From Nonlabens phage P12024S, in sequence record JQ823122.1: a stretch of 24,000 bases of DNA; one strand, given 5' to 3'. Each line of letters begins with the position of its first letter. Positions within the stretch are counted from its first letter, which is position 1. The notes under the pieces are model-generated. The model saw only the letters and a list, made by a program, of their open reading frames with translations. It had not been told where the DNA came from and ran no database searches. Below are positions 1 to 7,928 of the stretch, one piece after another. The translations under genes were made by a program, and so were the position numbers.

Positions 1-1
1 A

Positions 2-133
2 CCTGCAACCGAGGATACAGAAGCTACCTATATAGATGGCTATCACGTAGACGTAATGCTAACAGAAACTAGAGATTTTGGAAGTGCTGAAACATTGCCG
101 AAAACTCCAGCACATAAATTTGCTGTGAAATAA
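2..133 (+). CDS. C-terminal fragment of a truncated ORF, unknown function
   Basis: Open frame from the window edge to TAA at 131-133, reading PATEDTEATYIDGYHVDVMLTETRDFGSAETLPKTPAHKFAVK*. Confidence 0.5.
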   Translation, partial: PATEDTEATYIDGYHVDVMLTETRDFGSAETLPKTPAHKFAVK

Positions 134-171
134 TGAAAGTGATAATGTGTATTGCTTATATAATATAGATT

Positions 172-810
172 ATGGAGAAGTGGAAGGAGTTGTTAATTAT
201 AGTTAAGTCTTTAAGGTGGTACACTATTATTATTATATTTTTAGCAGGTGTATTGTTTTCATTTGAAACAGACATAAAACGATTAATAGAATTGAAATGG
301 TCTGAAAAAGATGTAGTAATATCTTCTTTAGAGAATGATTTATTAATTGAGAGGGCTTTAAAAACATTACTAAACGAAACTAATGCTGATAGGGCTTATA
401 TTTTTAGGTTTCACAATGGAGTGACATACTACAACGGTACGCATAAATCTAAAATGTCTAACGATTATGAAGTAGTTAGAGAAGGTATTACAACACAAGC
501 AGAAGCGTTACAAGACTTACCAACATCTTTATATTTAAGTTGGATAAAGAACGTTATTAATTTAGAAATGTTTCTTACTGATATTGATGGAATGGAAGAT
601 TTAAGGGTTAAGTATATGCTAAAGCAACAAGGTATTGAAGCAATAGCAGTGGCTCCTTATTATAGAGATGGTAAACTATTTGCTTTAATTGGTGTTGATT
701 ACATAAGAAAACAAACTGCACTAGAGATAGATAATTTTATGAGTAATTCACACGCAAAAAAAAATAAGTTCCTTAAAAGAACACAAGGGATTGGAGAATT
801 ACTATTGTAA
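172..810 (+). CDS. Membrane-anchored protein with a GAF-like cytoplasmic domain, next to the lysis genes
   Basis: Long ORF. N-terminal hydrophobic helix (WYTIIIIFLAGVLF), then a GAF-like stretch (NADRAYIFRFHNG...GIEAIAVAPYYRDGKLFALIGVDY). Confidence 0.65.
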   Translation: MEKWKELLIIVKSLRWYTIIIIFLAGVLFSFETDIKRLIELKWSEKDVVISSLENDLLIERALKTLLNETNADRAYIFRFHNGVTYYNGTHKSKMSNDYEVVREGITTQAEALQDLPTSLYLSWIKNVINLEMFLTDIDGMEDLRVKYMLKQQGIEAIAVAPYYRDGKLFALIGVDYIRKQTALEIDNFMSNSHAKKNKFLKRTQGIGELLL

Positions 811-896
811 TGGAAGATTTTGATAGAGGTAAAACAGAAGCAATATTTTGTATCTTGATTACAATTATGATTGCATTAATACATTGGTTAATATGA
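810..896 (+). CDS. 28-aa single-TM micro-ORF in the lysis module
   Basis: ATG overlaps the upstream TAA (TAATG) and the TGA overlaps the next ATG (ATGA). Translation MEDFDRGKTEAIFCILITIMIALIHWLI*. Too short for the supplied ORF track. Confidence 0.5.
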   Translation: MEDFDRGKTEAIFCILITIMIALIHWLI

Positions 897-1276
897 AATT
901 AAGTAAGAATTTTACGTTAAAAGAGTTTGAATGTTCTTGTGGTTGTGAAATGCCTAAAGACGTACTTAATAACGTACAGAAATTAGCATATCATTTACAA
1001 AGGCTTAGAGATAAGTTTAATAAGCCTATTAAAATAAATAGTGCTTATAGGTGTGAAAGCCATAATAAGGCTATTGGTGGATCTAAAAAAAGCCAACACA
1101 AATTAGGTTTTGCTGCTGATATCGTTGTAAAAGATAAAACACCTGATGAAGTTTATGATTTTATAAATAAACTACAAAGCTTAAATATGATTGCAAAAGG
1201 TGGATTAGGTAGATATAACACATTTACTCATTTTGATATTAGAGGATATACTGCAAGGTGGGATTTTAGAAAATAA
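893..1276 (+). CDS. Endolysin-type peptidase, M15 family (D-Ala-D-Ala carboxypeptidase-like)
   Basis: Probable start is at 893 rather than 848 (MKLSKNFTLKEFECSCG). Motifs SAYRCESHNKAIGGSKKSQHKLGFAADI and THFDIRG are typical of Peptidase_M15. Confidence 0.85.
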   Translation: MKLSKNFTLKEFECSCGCEMPKDVLNNVQKLAYHLQRLRDKFNKPIKINSAYRCESHNKAIGGSKKSQHKLGFAADIVVKDKTPDEVYDFINKLQSLNMIAKGGLGRYNTFTHFDIRGYTARWDFRK

Positions 1277-1278
1277 TT

Positions 1279-1755
1279 ATGAAAGACAATCCAAAATTAA
1301 GAAAAAACGGAGGACCAAGGACTTTCTTTGGTAACCTGTGGAGAGCTGTTGTAAAAAATAACATTCCTTTAGGTGAAACTATTGTTGATGCTATTGATAA
1401 AAAAGATGTTGGTAAAATATTTGAATCTATTAGCAATGACAGTGAATTGACAGAATATCAAAAGGAAATACTACTAGCTAATTTACAACAGGATGTTACT
1501 GAAATGGAAGAGGTAACAAAGCGTTGGCAGTCTGATATGTCATCTGATAGTTGGTGGAGTAAGAATATAAGACCTTTAAGCCTTGCTTTTTTAACAATAG
1601 CACTATTCTTATATATTATATTAGATAGTGCCTTAGAAGAATTTAAAATAGATAAGGCGTGGATAGATTTATTATCTTCTTTATTACTTTTAGTGTACGG
1701 TGGTTACTATGGAGCAAGGGCTGTTGAAAAGGTTGCTAAGATTAGAAAAAATTAA
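1279..1755 (+). CDS. Holin, Holin_3TMs-like
   Basis: Directly after the endolysin. Soluble N-terminal half, then WWSKNIRPLSLAFLTIALFLYIILD and WIDLLSSLLLLVYGGYYGARAVEK membrane segments. Confidence 0.7.
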   Translation: MKDNPKLRKNGGPRTFFGNLWRAVVKNNIPLGETIVDAIDKKDVGKIFESISNDSELTEYQKEILLANLQQDVTEMEEVTKRWQSDMSSDSWWSKNIRPLSLAFLTIALFLYIILDSALEEFKIDKAWIDLLSSLLLLVYGGYYGARAVEKVAKIRKN

Positions 1756-1789
1756 TTGCCGAAAAGCTTTTAAATTAATAAAATAGTTG

Positions 1790-1797
1790 TATATTTG
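1790..1797 (+). promoter_or_regulatory. Putative Bacteroidetes-type -7 box TATATTTG, weak -33
   Basis: Matches TAnnTTTG. Only a CTTTT tract is present about 19 nt upstream. Confidence 0.4.
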
Positions 1798-1828
1798 CAA
1801 CGTGTTTTTAATTGATTCTTTTGTATTT

Positions 1829-1860
1829 ACCCTATCTGATTAATTTCGGATAGGGTTTTT
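1829..1860 (+). terminator. Rho-independent terminator
   Basis: Perfect 8-bp stem ACCCTATC/GATAGGGT (1829-1836/1849-1856) followed by a T tract, shortly after the lysis operon. Confidence 0.8.
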
Positions 1861-1881
1861 ATTACACAAATACTTAATATT

Positions 1882-2034
1882 ATGCCAGATATATCAATGT
1901 GCCGCTCAACTGTTTGCAAAGCGCGGTTAAGCTGTTACAGATTCACAGCAACACCAAACGGACAATACCAATCATATTTTAACTTCACACCTAAAGACGA
2001 CAACGGATGCGAGAACAAATTAGACCTAGACTAA
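1882..2034 (+). CDS. 50-aa Cys-rich conserved phage-type small protein (MPDISMC...), putative metal binding
   Basis: Translation MPDISMCRSTVCKARLSCYRFTATPNGQYQSYFNFTPKDDNGCENKLDLD*, with four cysteines. Too short for the ORF track. Confidence 0.7.
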   Translation: MPDISMCRSTVCKARLSCYRFTATPNGQYQSYFNFTPKDDNGCENKLDLD

Positions 2035-2723
2035 GCGGCGGAAAATTAGCCGCTCACATTAACATTACTAAAAAAGAAAGCAGAATACTAGAAATAGGCG
2101 ACTTACATTGCCCTTTTGATTTAGATGCTTATCTTCAGCATTGCATTGATACCTACAACAACTATAATTGCAATCAAGTTGTGTTTATAGGAGATGTAAT
2201 CGACTCGCATTATTCTAGCTACCACGAGACAGACCCTGATGGAATGGGTGGAGGAGATGAGTTAGACTTAGCTATAAAGAGACTAGGGCGTTATTACAAG
2301 GCTTTTCCTAACGCAGATGTATTGATAGGTAACCATGATAGGATTATAAGGCGTAAAGCGTTTACAGGCGGTATTCCTAAGCGGTGGATAAAGCCGTTTG
2401 CGGATGTGTTAGAAACGCCTAACTGGAACTTTACCGACAGAATAGTTTACAACGACGTTCAATATATTCATGGAGAAGCTGGAACGGCTCGCACTAAATG
2501 TAAGGCGGATATGATGTCAACTGTTCAAGGTCATTTACATACTCAAATGTATGTAGATTGGTTTGTCGGTGCTAATTTTAAGATTTTTGGTAAGCAAATA
2601 GGCTGCGGAATAGATCATGATGCATACGCCCTAGCCTATGCTAAAAGAGGTAAGAAACCAGCGATTGGAGTTGGTGTAACTATTGGCGGTCATACTTCTT
2701 TTAATGTACCTATGGAACTTTAA
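2007..2723 (+). CDS. Calcineurin-like metallophosphoesterase
   Basis: Motifs GDLHCPFD, GDVIDSH, GNHD and GHLHT. The exact start is uncertain because the 5' end overlaps the preceding ORF. Confidence 0.85.
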   Translation: MREQIRPRLSGGKLAAHINITKKESRILEIGDLHCPFDLDAYLQHCIDTYNNYNCNQVVFIGDVIDSHYSSYHETDPDGMGGGDELDLAIKRLGRYYKAFPNADVLIGNHDRIIRRKAFTGGIPKRWIKPFADVLETPNWNFTDRIVYNDVQYIHGEAGTARTKCKADMMSTVQGHLHTQMYVDWFVGANFKIFGKQIGCGIDHDAYALAYAKRGKKPAIGVGVTIGGHTSFNVPMEL

Positions 2724-2733
2724 CATTTTTTAA

Positions 2734-2766
2734 TTAGCAACTTATTAATATTTTTTACTATATTTG
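2734..2766 (+). promoter_or_regulatory. Putative promoter of the early/replication operon
   Basis: TTAG (2734-2737), 21-nt spacer, TATATTTG (2759-2766), upstream of the ORF at 2795. Confidence 0.5.
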
Positions 2767-2794
2767 CGTATCATTAATTTAAAAAGATACAATA

Positions 2795-2902
2795 ATGAAA
2801 ACAAAAACAAAAGTAGTTAAGCTTGGGAGTGGTATTACAACCATTCAAACACTTAACAAAAACGGGAGTATAACAGTTGAAATAGGTAAGCCATGGAAAT
2901 AA
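2795..2902 (+). CDS. 35-aa small ORF, unknown function
   Basis: MKTKTKVVKLGSGITTIQTLNKNGSITVEIGKPWK*. First ATG after the 2759 promoter box, overlaps the start of the next gene. Confidence 0.45.
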   Translation: MKTKTKVVKLGSGITTIQTLNKNGSITVEIGKPWK

Positions 2903-3354
2903 AGAATGATATGGACTTGACCGATTTAAGAATCTTAATAGAAGATCATTTTAAATTAAACTTAAATACAAGGTCGAGAGAGATTGAGTACATCAACGCT
3001 AGGTGCTTGTATTATCACACCGCTATTAATTTGCTAGGTTTTAACAAAAAGAAAGTAAGTTTAAGCGTTGGTTATGATAGGTTAACTGTTATAAATAGTT
3101 TAAATAGATTTGAAGAATTATATATAAAGTATGATGAATTTAGATCGTGCTTTAAGAAAATTAAAATTAAACTAGGTCTGGAGACAGAAAAACCTAAGTT
3201 AAAGACTCCAGATTTAAGCGATGAATTTAATGAAGTAGCTCATATTTTAAGAGACTTGACCGATGAGGAGATAAAAGAGTTTATTCCTCGTGTAGATATT
3301 TATAAAAAATCAGTAATGTATAACCGTAAAAAGAAAGAGGAATGGACAAGATAG
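2893..3354 (+). CDS. DnaA C-terminal-domain-like HTH protein
   Basis: Segment TRSREIEYINARCLYYHTAINLLGFNKKKVSLSVGYDRLTVINSLNRFEEL resembles the DnaA domain IV arrangement. By eye only. Confidence 0.5.
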   Translation: MEIKNDMDLTDLRILIEDHFKLNLNTRSREIEYINARCLYYHTAINLLGFNKKKVSLSVGYDRLTVINSLNRFEELYIKYDEFRSCFKKIKIKLGLETEKPKLKTPDLSDEFNEVAHILRDLTDEEIKEFIPRVDIYKKSVMYNRKKKEEWTR

Positions 3355-3836
3355 GAATAAGAGAAAAAATCTTTAATGCTAAAAAAGAAATAGGGCAAAT
3401 TGCAAAAGACAGCACCAACCCTTTTTTTAAAAGCAAATATTTTGATGTTAACTCACTTTTGCAGCACGTAGAACCTATACTAGACGATCATAGACTTTTA
3501 TTATTGCAGCCTATAAAAGATGGGTATGTGTTTACGCAAATACTAGATATTGATTCCGATGAGTTGGTAGAATCTGGTGTAGCACTTCCACAATTGACAG
3601 ACCCTCAAAAATTAGGTAGTGCAATTACTTATTTTAGGAGGTACACTTTGCAGTCTCTTTTAGGCTTACAGGCAGAAGATGACGACGGAAATAAAGCAGC
3701 AAAGCCGGCAATTAAAAAATTAGAGGTTCTAGATGAAACGCATCCTAAGTGGGATAAGGCTGTTGCAGCATTAAAGGCTGGAACGGTAACGATAGAACAA
3801 CTTAAAAAGAGCTACCATGTCAAAGGAAAACTATAA
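3342..3836 (+). CDS. ERF-family single-strand annealing recombinase
   Basis: NPFFKSKYFDVNSLLQHVEPIL...LGSAITYFRRYTLQSLLGLQAEDDDGN is characteristic of ERF proteins. The adjacent exonuclease supports this. Confidence 0.85.
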   Translation: MDKIGIREKIFNAKKEIGQIAKDSTNPFFKSKYFDVNSLLQHVEPILDDHRLLLLQPIKDGYVFTQILDIDSDELVESGVALPQLTDPQKLGSAITYFRRYTLQSLLGLQAEDDDGNKAAKPAIKKLEVLDETHPKWDKAVAALKAGTVTIEQLKKSYHVKGKL

Positions 3837-4410
3837 GTTTAGATGCAGAGCCAGCGCACTAGGTAAGATCATGGGTGTGCGTGGCTTAGGTAAAACAGGT
3901 CAGGGATATGTAGAAGAATGGCTTAAAGAACAAATCTACGGCGTTCGCAAAGAGTTCACTAGCAAGTATACCGACAAGGGCAATACAAACGAGGATATCG
4001 CTATTGATATGGCAGCAGCTTCAATAAACGAGCCAATGTTACTTAAAAACGATGAATGGTTTGAAAACGATTATATTCATGGAACGCCTGACGTGGTTTT
4101 GCCTAAAATGATAATAGATGTTAAATGCAGTTGGGATGCTTTCAGTTTTCCTTTATTTGAAAAGGATTTGCCTAACAAAGATTATTACTGGCAGTTACAG
4201 GCTTATATGTGGTTAACTGGTAAAAGTAAAGGAAAAGTTGTATATTGCCTAACAGAAACAGACCACGATAACCCTCAATATAAAGGCGTGCCTAATGAAA
4301 AGAAAGTAAAAGTTTTCGATGTGGCTTATGATGAATCTGCTATTGAAAAGATCAAAGAAAGAGTAAACGAGTGTAATGAATATTTAAAACAATTAACAAA
4401 TGGAAATTAA
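3817..4410 (+). CDS. YqaJ/lambda-exonuclease-like PD-(D/E)XK nuclease
   Basis: RASALGKIMG..., IHGTPDVVLPKMIIDVKCSWDAF..., YYWQLQAYMWLTG catalytic pattern, next to ERF. Confidence 0.8.
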   Translation: MSKENYKFRCRASALGKIMGVRGLGKTGQGYVEEWLKEQIYGVRKEFTSKYTDKGNTNEDIAIDMAAASINEPMLLKNDEWFENDYIHGTPDVVLPKMIIDVKCSWDAFSFPLFEKDLPNKDYYWQLQAYMWLTGKSKGKVVYCLTETDHDNPQYKGVPNEKKVKVFDVAYDESAIEKIKERVNECNEYLKQLTNGN

Positions 4411-4726
4411 AGGAAAAGTAAAACACGTAGGAACTACGGAAACAGTAGGAAGTAATGGCTTTCAAAAAAGATTGATAGCTGTTGAAACCACAGAACAATA
4501 TCCGCAAACATTGGGTATCGAGTTTGTGCAGGACAAAACGGCATTGTTAGACAGCATTAATTTAGGAGACAGTGTTACAATTGGAATCAATTTAAGAGGT
4601 CGTGAGTGGACTAATCCACAAGGCGAAACTAAATATTTCAATTCAATAGCTGGCTGGAAGATTGCCGTTGATAGTCAGGCGGAAACGAATAACGAAAGCG
4701 CACAAGATGCAGACCCTTTATTCTAA
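4400..4726 (+). CDS. DUF3127-like OB-fold protein, putative ssDNA-binding protein
   Basis: MEIKGKVKHVGTTETVGSNGFQKRLIAVETTEQYPQTLGIEF...GREWTNPQGETKYFNSIAGWKI resembles DUF3127 and sits in the recombination cluster. Confidence 0.65.
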   Translation: MEIKGKVKHVGTTETVGSNGFQKRLIAVETTEQYPQTLGIEFVQDKTALLDSINLGDSVTIGINLRGREWTNPQGETKYFNSIAGWKIAVDSQAETNNESAQDADPLF

Positions 4727-4862
4727 CATAAACCAACAAAAGGAACAGATCGAGCGGCTCATAGCGAGCGGCTCGGTTCATCCTGACAATCCTTTTTTAA
4801 TAGAAATAAATAAAAAATACAGAGAATTATGCGACACTACGGTAACAGACCCGACGTTATAG
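4707..4862 (+). CDS. Small hypothetical protein (likely start within ORF 4662..4862)
   Basis: MQTLYSNINQQKEQIERLIASGSVHPDNPFLIEINKKYRELCDTTVTDPTL*. Starting here shortens the overlap with the upstream gene. Confidence 0.5.
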   Translation: MQTLYSNINQQKEQIERLIASGSVHPDNPFLIEINKKYRELCDTTVTDPTL

Positions 4863-5392
4863 ACTTCAACAAAAAGTATGACCTAAATTTTAATCTAGGA
4901 TCAGCTGTTAAATATCTAGCACGAGCTGGAAAGAAACAAAACGAAACAAAGCAAAGCGATCTTAAAAAAGCAATCGACTTCATAACTAGAGAATTAGAAG
5001 TTATCGAACCTGAAACGGTTAATGCTAAAGATGGTCTTGAAGTTGGGAAGTGGTACACTGGCGGAAACATATTACTAGGTTGTTATACTGGAAATGACAA
5101 ATGTTATGGTTTATTTGACGGTGAATATAGTCACAAATGGAGGATGTCCTACCCTAATTACCACCCAGCGACCGAAGAGGAAGTTAAAGCTGCTTTAATT
5201 AAAGAAGCGCAAAAGCGTTATAAGGTTGGTGATGAATTAACTTGTATTTTAGGAGGTAGAAACATTAGTCGCAAAATAGGAGATAAATATACTTTTGCAG
5301 TAGAGGGTAGTTTGTGGGTTAATGTGATTCCTTATGGTGAAGAATACTCTATATGCATATTTAAGGACGGTAAATGGGCGAGTCATGTCTAG
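4829..5392 (+). CDS. DUF3310-like N-terminal domain with a C-terminal extension
   Basis: HYGNRPDVIDFNKKYDLNFNLGSAVKYLARAGKK...DLKKAIDFITREL is DUF3310-like. Confidence 0.65.
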   Translation: MRHYGNRPDVIDFNKKYDLNFNLGSAVKYLARAGKKQNETKQSDLKKAIDFITRELEVIEPETVNAKDGLEVGKWYTGGNILLGCYTGNDKCYGLFDGEYSHKWRMSYPNYHPATEEEVKAALIKEAQKRYKVGDELTCILGGRNISRKIGDKYTFAVEGSLWVNVIPYGEEYSICIFKDGKWASHV

Positions 5393-7637
5393 TATATCGC
5401 TATTCCCAAAAGGATATCCTACAAAGGATGACCCTACAAAGTTTGCACCTAGTCGCATACCTGAAAAAGACCTACAACTAGAGACGTATTTTGACCATAT
5501 CAAAGACGGCTACTGGCAAGATGAAGTACTCGCTTACCGTACTGGTAAGATACAAAAGACACAACTACGAGGTGTTACACCTTGCGGAACGTTTAATAAA
5601 AGAGCTGCAAAGGAGCTTATAGAGCCTAGCGGTGTGATAGCTATTGACATAGACCAACAGGACCAAATAGATGGCTTAGACTTAAACAAAGTACGCATAC
5701 GCTTAATGAGTGATAGCTATACGCACGCTGTGCATGATTCTGCAAGCGGTAACGGTGGTATGGCTTTATATGTTAAGATCGACCCTAAAAGGCATAAAGA
5801 TGCTTTCTTAGGACTTGAAAAGTATTTTGCTAATGAGTATGGCGTTATCATAGATAAGAGCTGTAAGGACGTGAGCCGCTTTAGATTTGTGAGCTACGAC
5901 CCTGACTTATTCTACAACCCTAGAAGCAAGACCTTTAAAACCTATTTAAAGAAAGCTGAAAAGCCTAATCCTAATCGCTCTGCGTATATTCATACAAGTG
6001 AAGATCTAGATCATGTATGGGAGCAAATAGCGCAAAAGGGATACGACATTTGCAATGATTATAGCGACTGGATTCGTTGCGCAATGGCTTTATCTAATCA
6101 CTACGGTGGGCAAAAGGGACTAGACTTATTTCACTTAGTGAGTCAGAACTCTAGCAAATACGATGCTAAGGCTTGTGATGATCTTTATAGCACCGTAAGC
6201 AAACGTGCTTACAATGATGTTTCAATAGGTACACTTCTATTCCTTGCAAAGAACCAAGGCGTTGAAATCAAAACGCCTAAGACACGAGAAATTGAAGCCG
6301 TGGTAAAGCAAAGGGTCAAAGCTGTAGGAACGAACGGTGGAGCTGCGAACAAAGAAAATGCCGTTGCAGACGCTGAAAAATTCTTAGTTGATCAAAAAGG
6401 ACACGACGAAGTAAGCATAAGAGAAGTAGCTAAGCAAGTACTAGAGTTAACGCCTAATGAGTTAAACCAAAATACAGGCGACCTTATAACCGATTTAGAG
6501 ACGTTTGTGGAGGGTTTACCGCTTAAGTTCAATGAGGTAACCATGCACTATGAATATGAGGGCAAAGAGATGCGAGAGCGTGATTGGAATAACTTATACA
6601 TAAGCTCGCTTAAAGTGGTTTCGGATAAGATAAGCCAGCAACGATTTGAGTTAATTGTAAGAAGTGAAAACGTGCCTAGCTACAACCCTTTTGAACTATA
6701 CTTTGAACGCAATAAGCACCGTAATAGTAAAGGCAATTTTGATGCACTTTGCAAAGCTATAACGCACGAGCAGAAGTTTGAGCTAAAAGGACAGGAGTAT
6801 ATCGCTAATGACTACCTGCAAACCTACCTAAAGAAATGGTTGCTAGGAATGATAAGCGCAATGAATGGTACTTACTCGCTACTTATTTTAGTTCTTACAG
6901 GTGGTCAAGGTACAAGCAAGACTAAATTCTTTCGCACGCTATTACCTGATGCGCTTATGCAATATTATGGAGAAACTGAACTAGATAAGGGCAAAGATGA
7001 TGAGCTATTAATGACACAAAAGATTCTACTACTAGATGATGAGTTTGGCGGTAAGTCTAAAAAAGATGCTAAGAAACTTAAGAACCTTTCTAGTAAGCAA
7101 TTCTTTAACATAAGACCGCCTTACGGCAAGCGAAATGAAGACATTAAACGCTATGCGGTTTTAGCGGGTACTTCTAATGATGACGAAATCATAAACGACC
7201 CAACAGGAAACAGGCGTATCATACCGCTTAGGGTTACATCAATTGACTTTCAGGCACTATCTAAGATCGACAAAGATGAACTGTTTATGGAGCTGTATAG
7301 AGAATGGCAAGAAACAGGCGACGATTGGATGTTAACTAAAGAAGATATACAAATTCTTAGAGAGTGCACCACGTACAATGAGACACCTAGCCCTGAAGAA
7401 GAACTGGCTATTCAGTATTTTGAAGTGCCAATGGAGGATGAATTAACATCGGCAAAGTGTTCGTTTTTATCGACGACTGAAATTGTAAACATCATTACAA
7501 ATCGCAGTTTGACTAGAATTCCGATAAATGTTTATAAATTTGGAGCGGTTCTGAAAAAATTAGGCTTTGAAAAAAGAACAGTTCGAGACGGAAATAATGT
7601 TAAAGGCGGATATTATGTAATTGAAAAGAGTATGTAG
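5385..7637 (+). CDS. Primase-helicase with BT4734-like N-terminus, PriCT-2-like region and VirE/SF3-like ATPase
   Basis: Probable start MSSISLFPKGYPT at 5385, ATG overlapping the previous stop region. Contains VIAIDIDQQD, the ATPase P-loop GGQGTSKTKFFRTLLP, ILLLDDEFGGKSKKDAKKLKN and AGTSNDDEIINDPTGNRRIIP. Confidence 0.8.
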   Translation: MSSISLFPKGYPTKDDPTKFAPSRIPEKDLQLETYFDHIKDGYWQDEVLAYRTGKIQKTQLRGVTPCGTFNKRAAKELIEPSGVIAIDIDQQDQIDGLDLNKVRIRLMSDSYTHAVHDSASGNGGMALYVKIDPKRHKDAFLGLEKYFANEYGVIIDKSCKDVSRFRFVSYDPDLFYNPRSKTFKTYLKKAEKPNPNRSAYIHTSEDLDHVWEQIAQKGYDICNDYSDWIRCAMALSNHYGGQKGLDLFHLVSQNSSKYDAKACDDLYSTVSKRAYNDVSIGTLLFLAKNQGVEIKTPKTREIEAVVKQRVKAVGTNGGAANKENAVADAEKFLVDQKGHDEVSIREVAKQVLELTPNELNQNTGDLITDLETFVEGLPLKFNEVTMHYEYEGKEMRERDWNNLYISSLKVVSDKISQQRFELIVRSENVPSYNPFELYFERNKHRNSKGNFDALCKAITHEQKFELKGQEYIANDYLQTYLKKWLLGMISAMNGTYSLLILVLTGGQGTSKTKFFRTLLPDALMQYYGETELDKGKDDELLMTQKILLLDDEFGGKSKKDAKKLKNLSSKQFFNIRPPYGKRNEDIKRYAVLAGTSNDDEIINDPTGNRRIIPLRVTSIDFQALSKIDKDELFMELYREWQETGDDWMLTKEDIQILRECTTYNETPSPEEELAIQYFEVPMEDELTSAKCSFLSTTEIVNIITNRSLTRIPINVYKFGAVLKKLGFEKRTVRDGNNVKGGYYVIEKSM

Positions 7638-7687
7638 TTAACAACAGTTGGTAATTGATCGACTTATAATTGATTAATTGCCAATAT

Positions 7688-7700
7688 GTTACAATGTAAC
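7688..7700. repeat. Short inverted repeat GTTAC-AAT-GTAAC in AT-rich intergenic DNA
   Basis: Perfect 5-bp arms around 3 nt. Possible operator. Confidence 0.4.
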
Positions 7701-7783
7701 GTCGAAAAAACTCAAAAACTCTTATAGCGAAAACATAAAACTCAAACGAAACTATATAAATAATATATAAAATTTTAGTAAAA

Positions 7784-7855
7784 GTATTATTACATTGATA
7801 CATATTGAAGATCAATGAGTTAAAAATGAGTTGTAATAGTAGGTATTATTACATT
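7784..7855 (+). repeat. Direct repeat GTATTATTACATT (7784-7796 and 7843-7855)
   Basis: Two exact 13-nt copies offset by 59 bp, upstream of the ABC-GNAT gene. Confidence 0.6.
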
Positions 7856-7872
7856 AACAAATGATAAACAAC

Positions 7873-7903
7873 TTGCATAGTAATATAAAAGCGATTACAT
7901 TTG
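7873..7903 (+). promoter_or_regulatory. Bacteroidetes-type promoter of the ABC-GNAT island
   Basis: TTG (7873-7875), exactly 20 nt, TACATTTG (7896-7903, matches TAnnTTTG), then ATG at 7929. Confidence 0.75.
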
Positions 7904-7928
7904 CATAACAATTAAAAACAAAACAAAA

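Noticed and set aside
134-168. 11-codon ORF MKVIMCIAYII* after the first partial CDS
   Set aside because: Too short, and nothing beyond stop-start overlap supports it.
7600-7815. 71-aa minus-strand ORF
   Set aside because: It spans AT-rich noncoding DNA and the end of the primase gene. The translation is low complexity with no plausible start signal.
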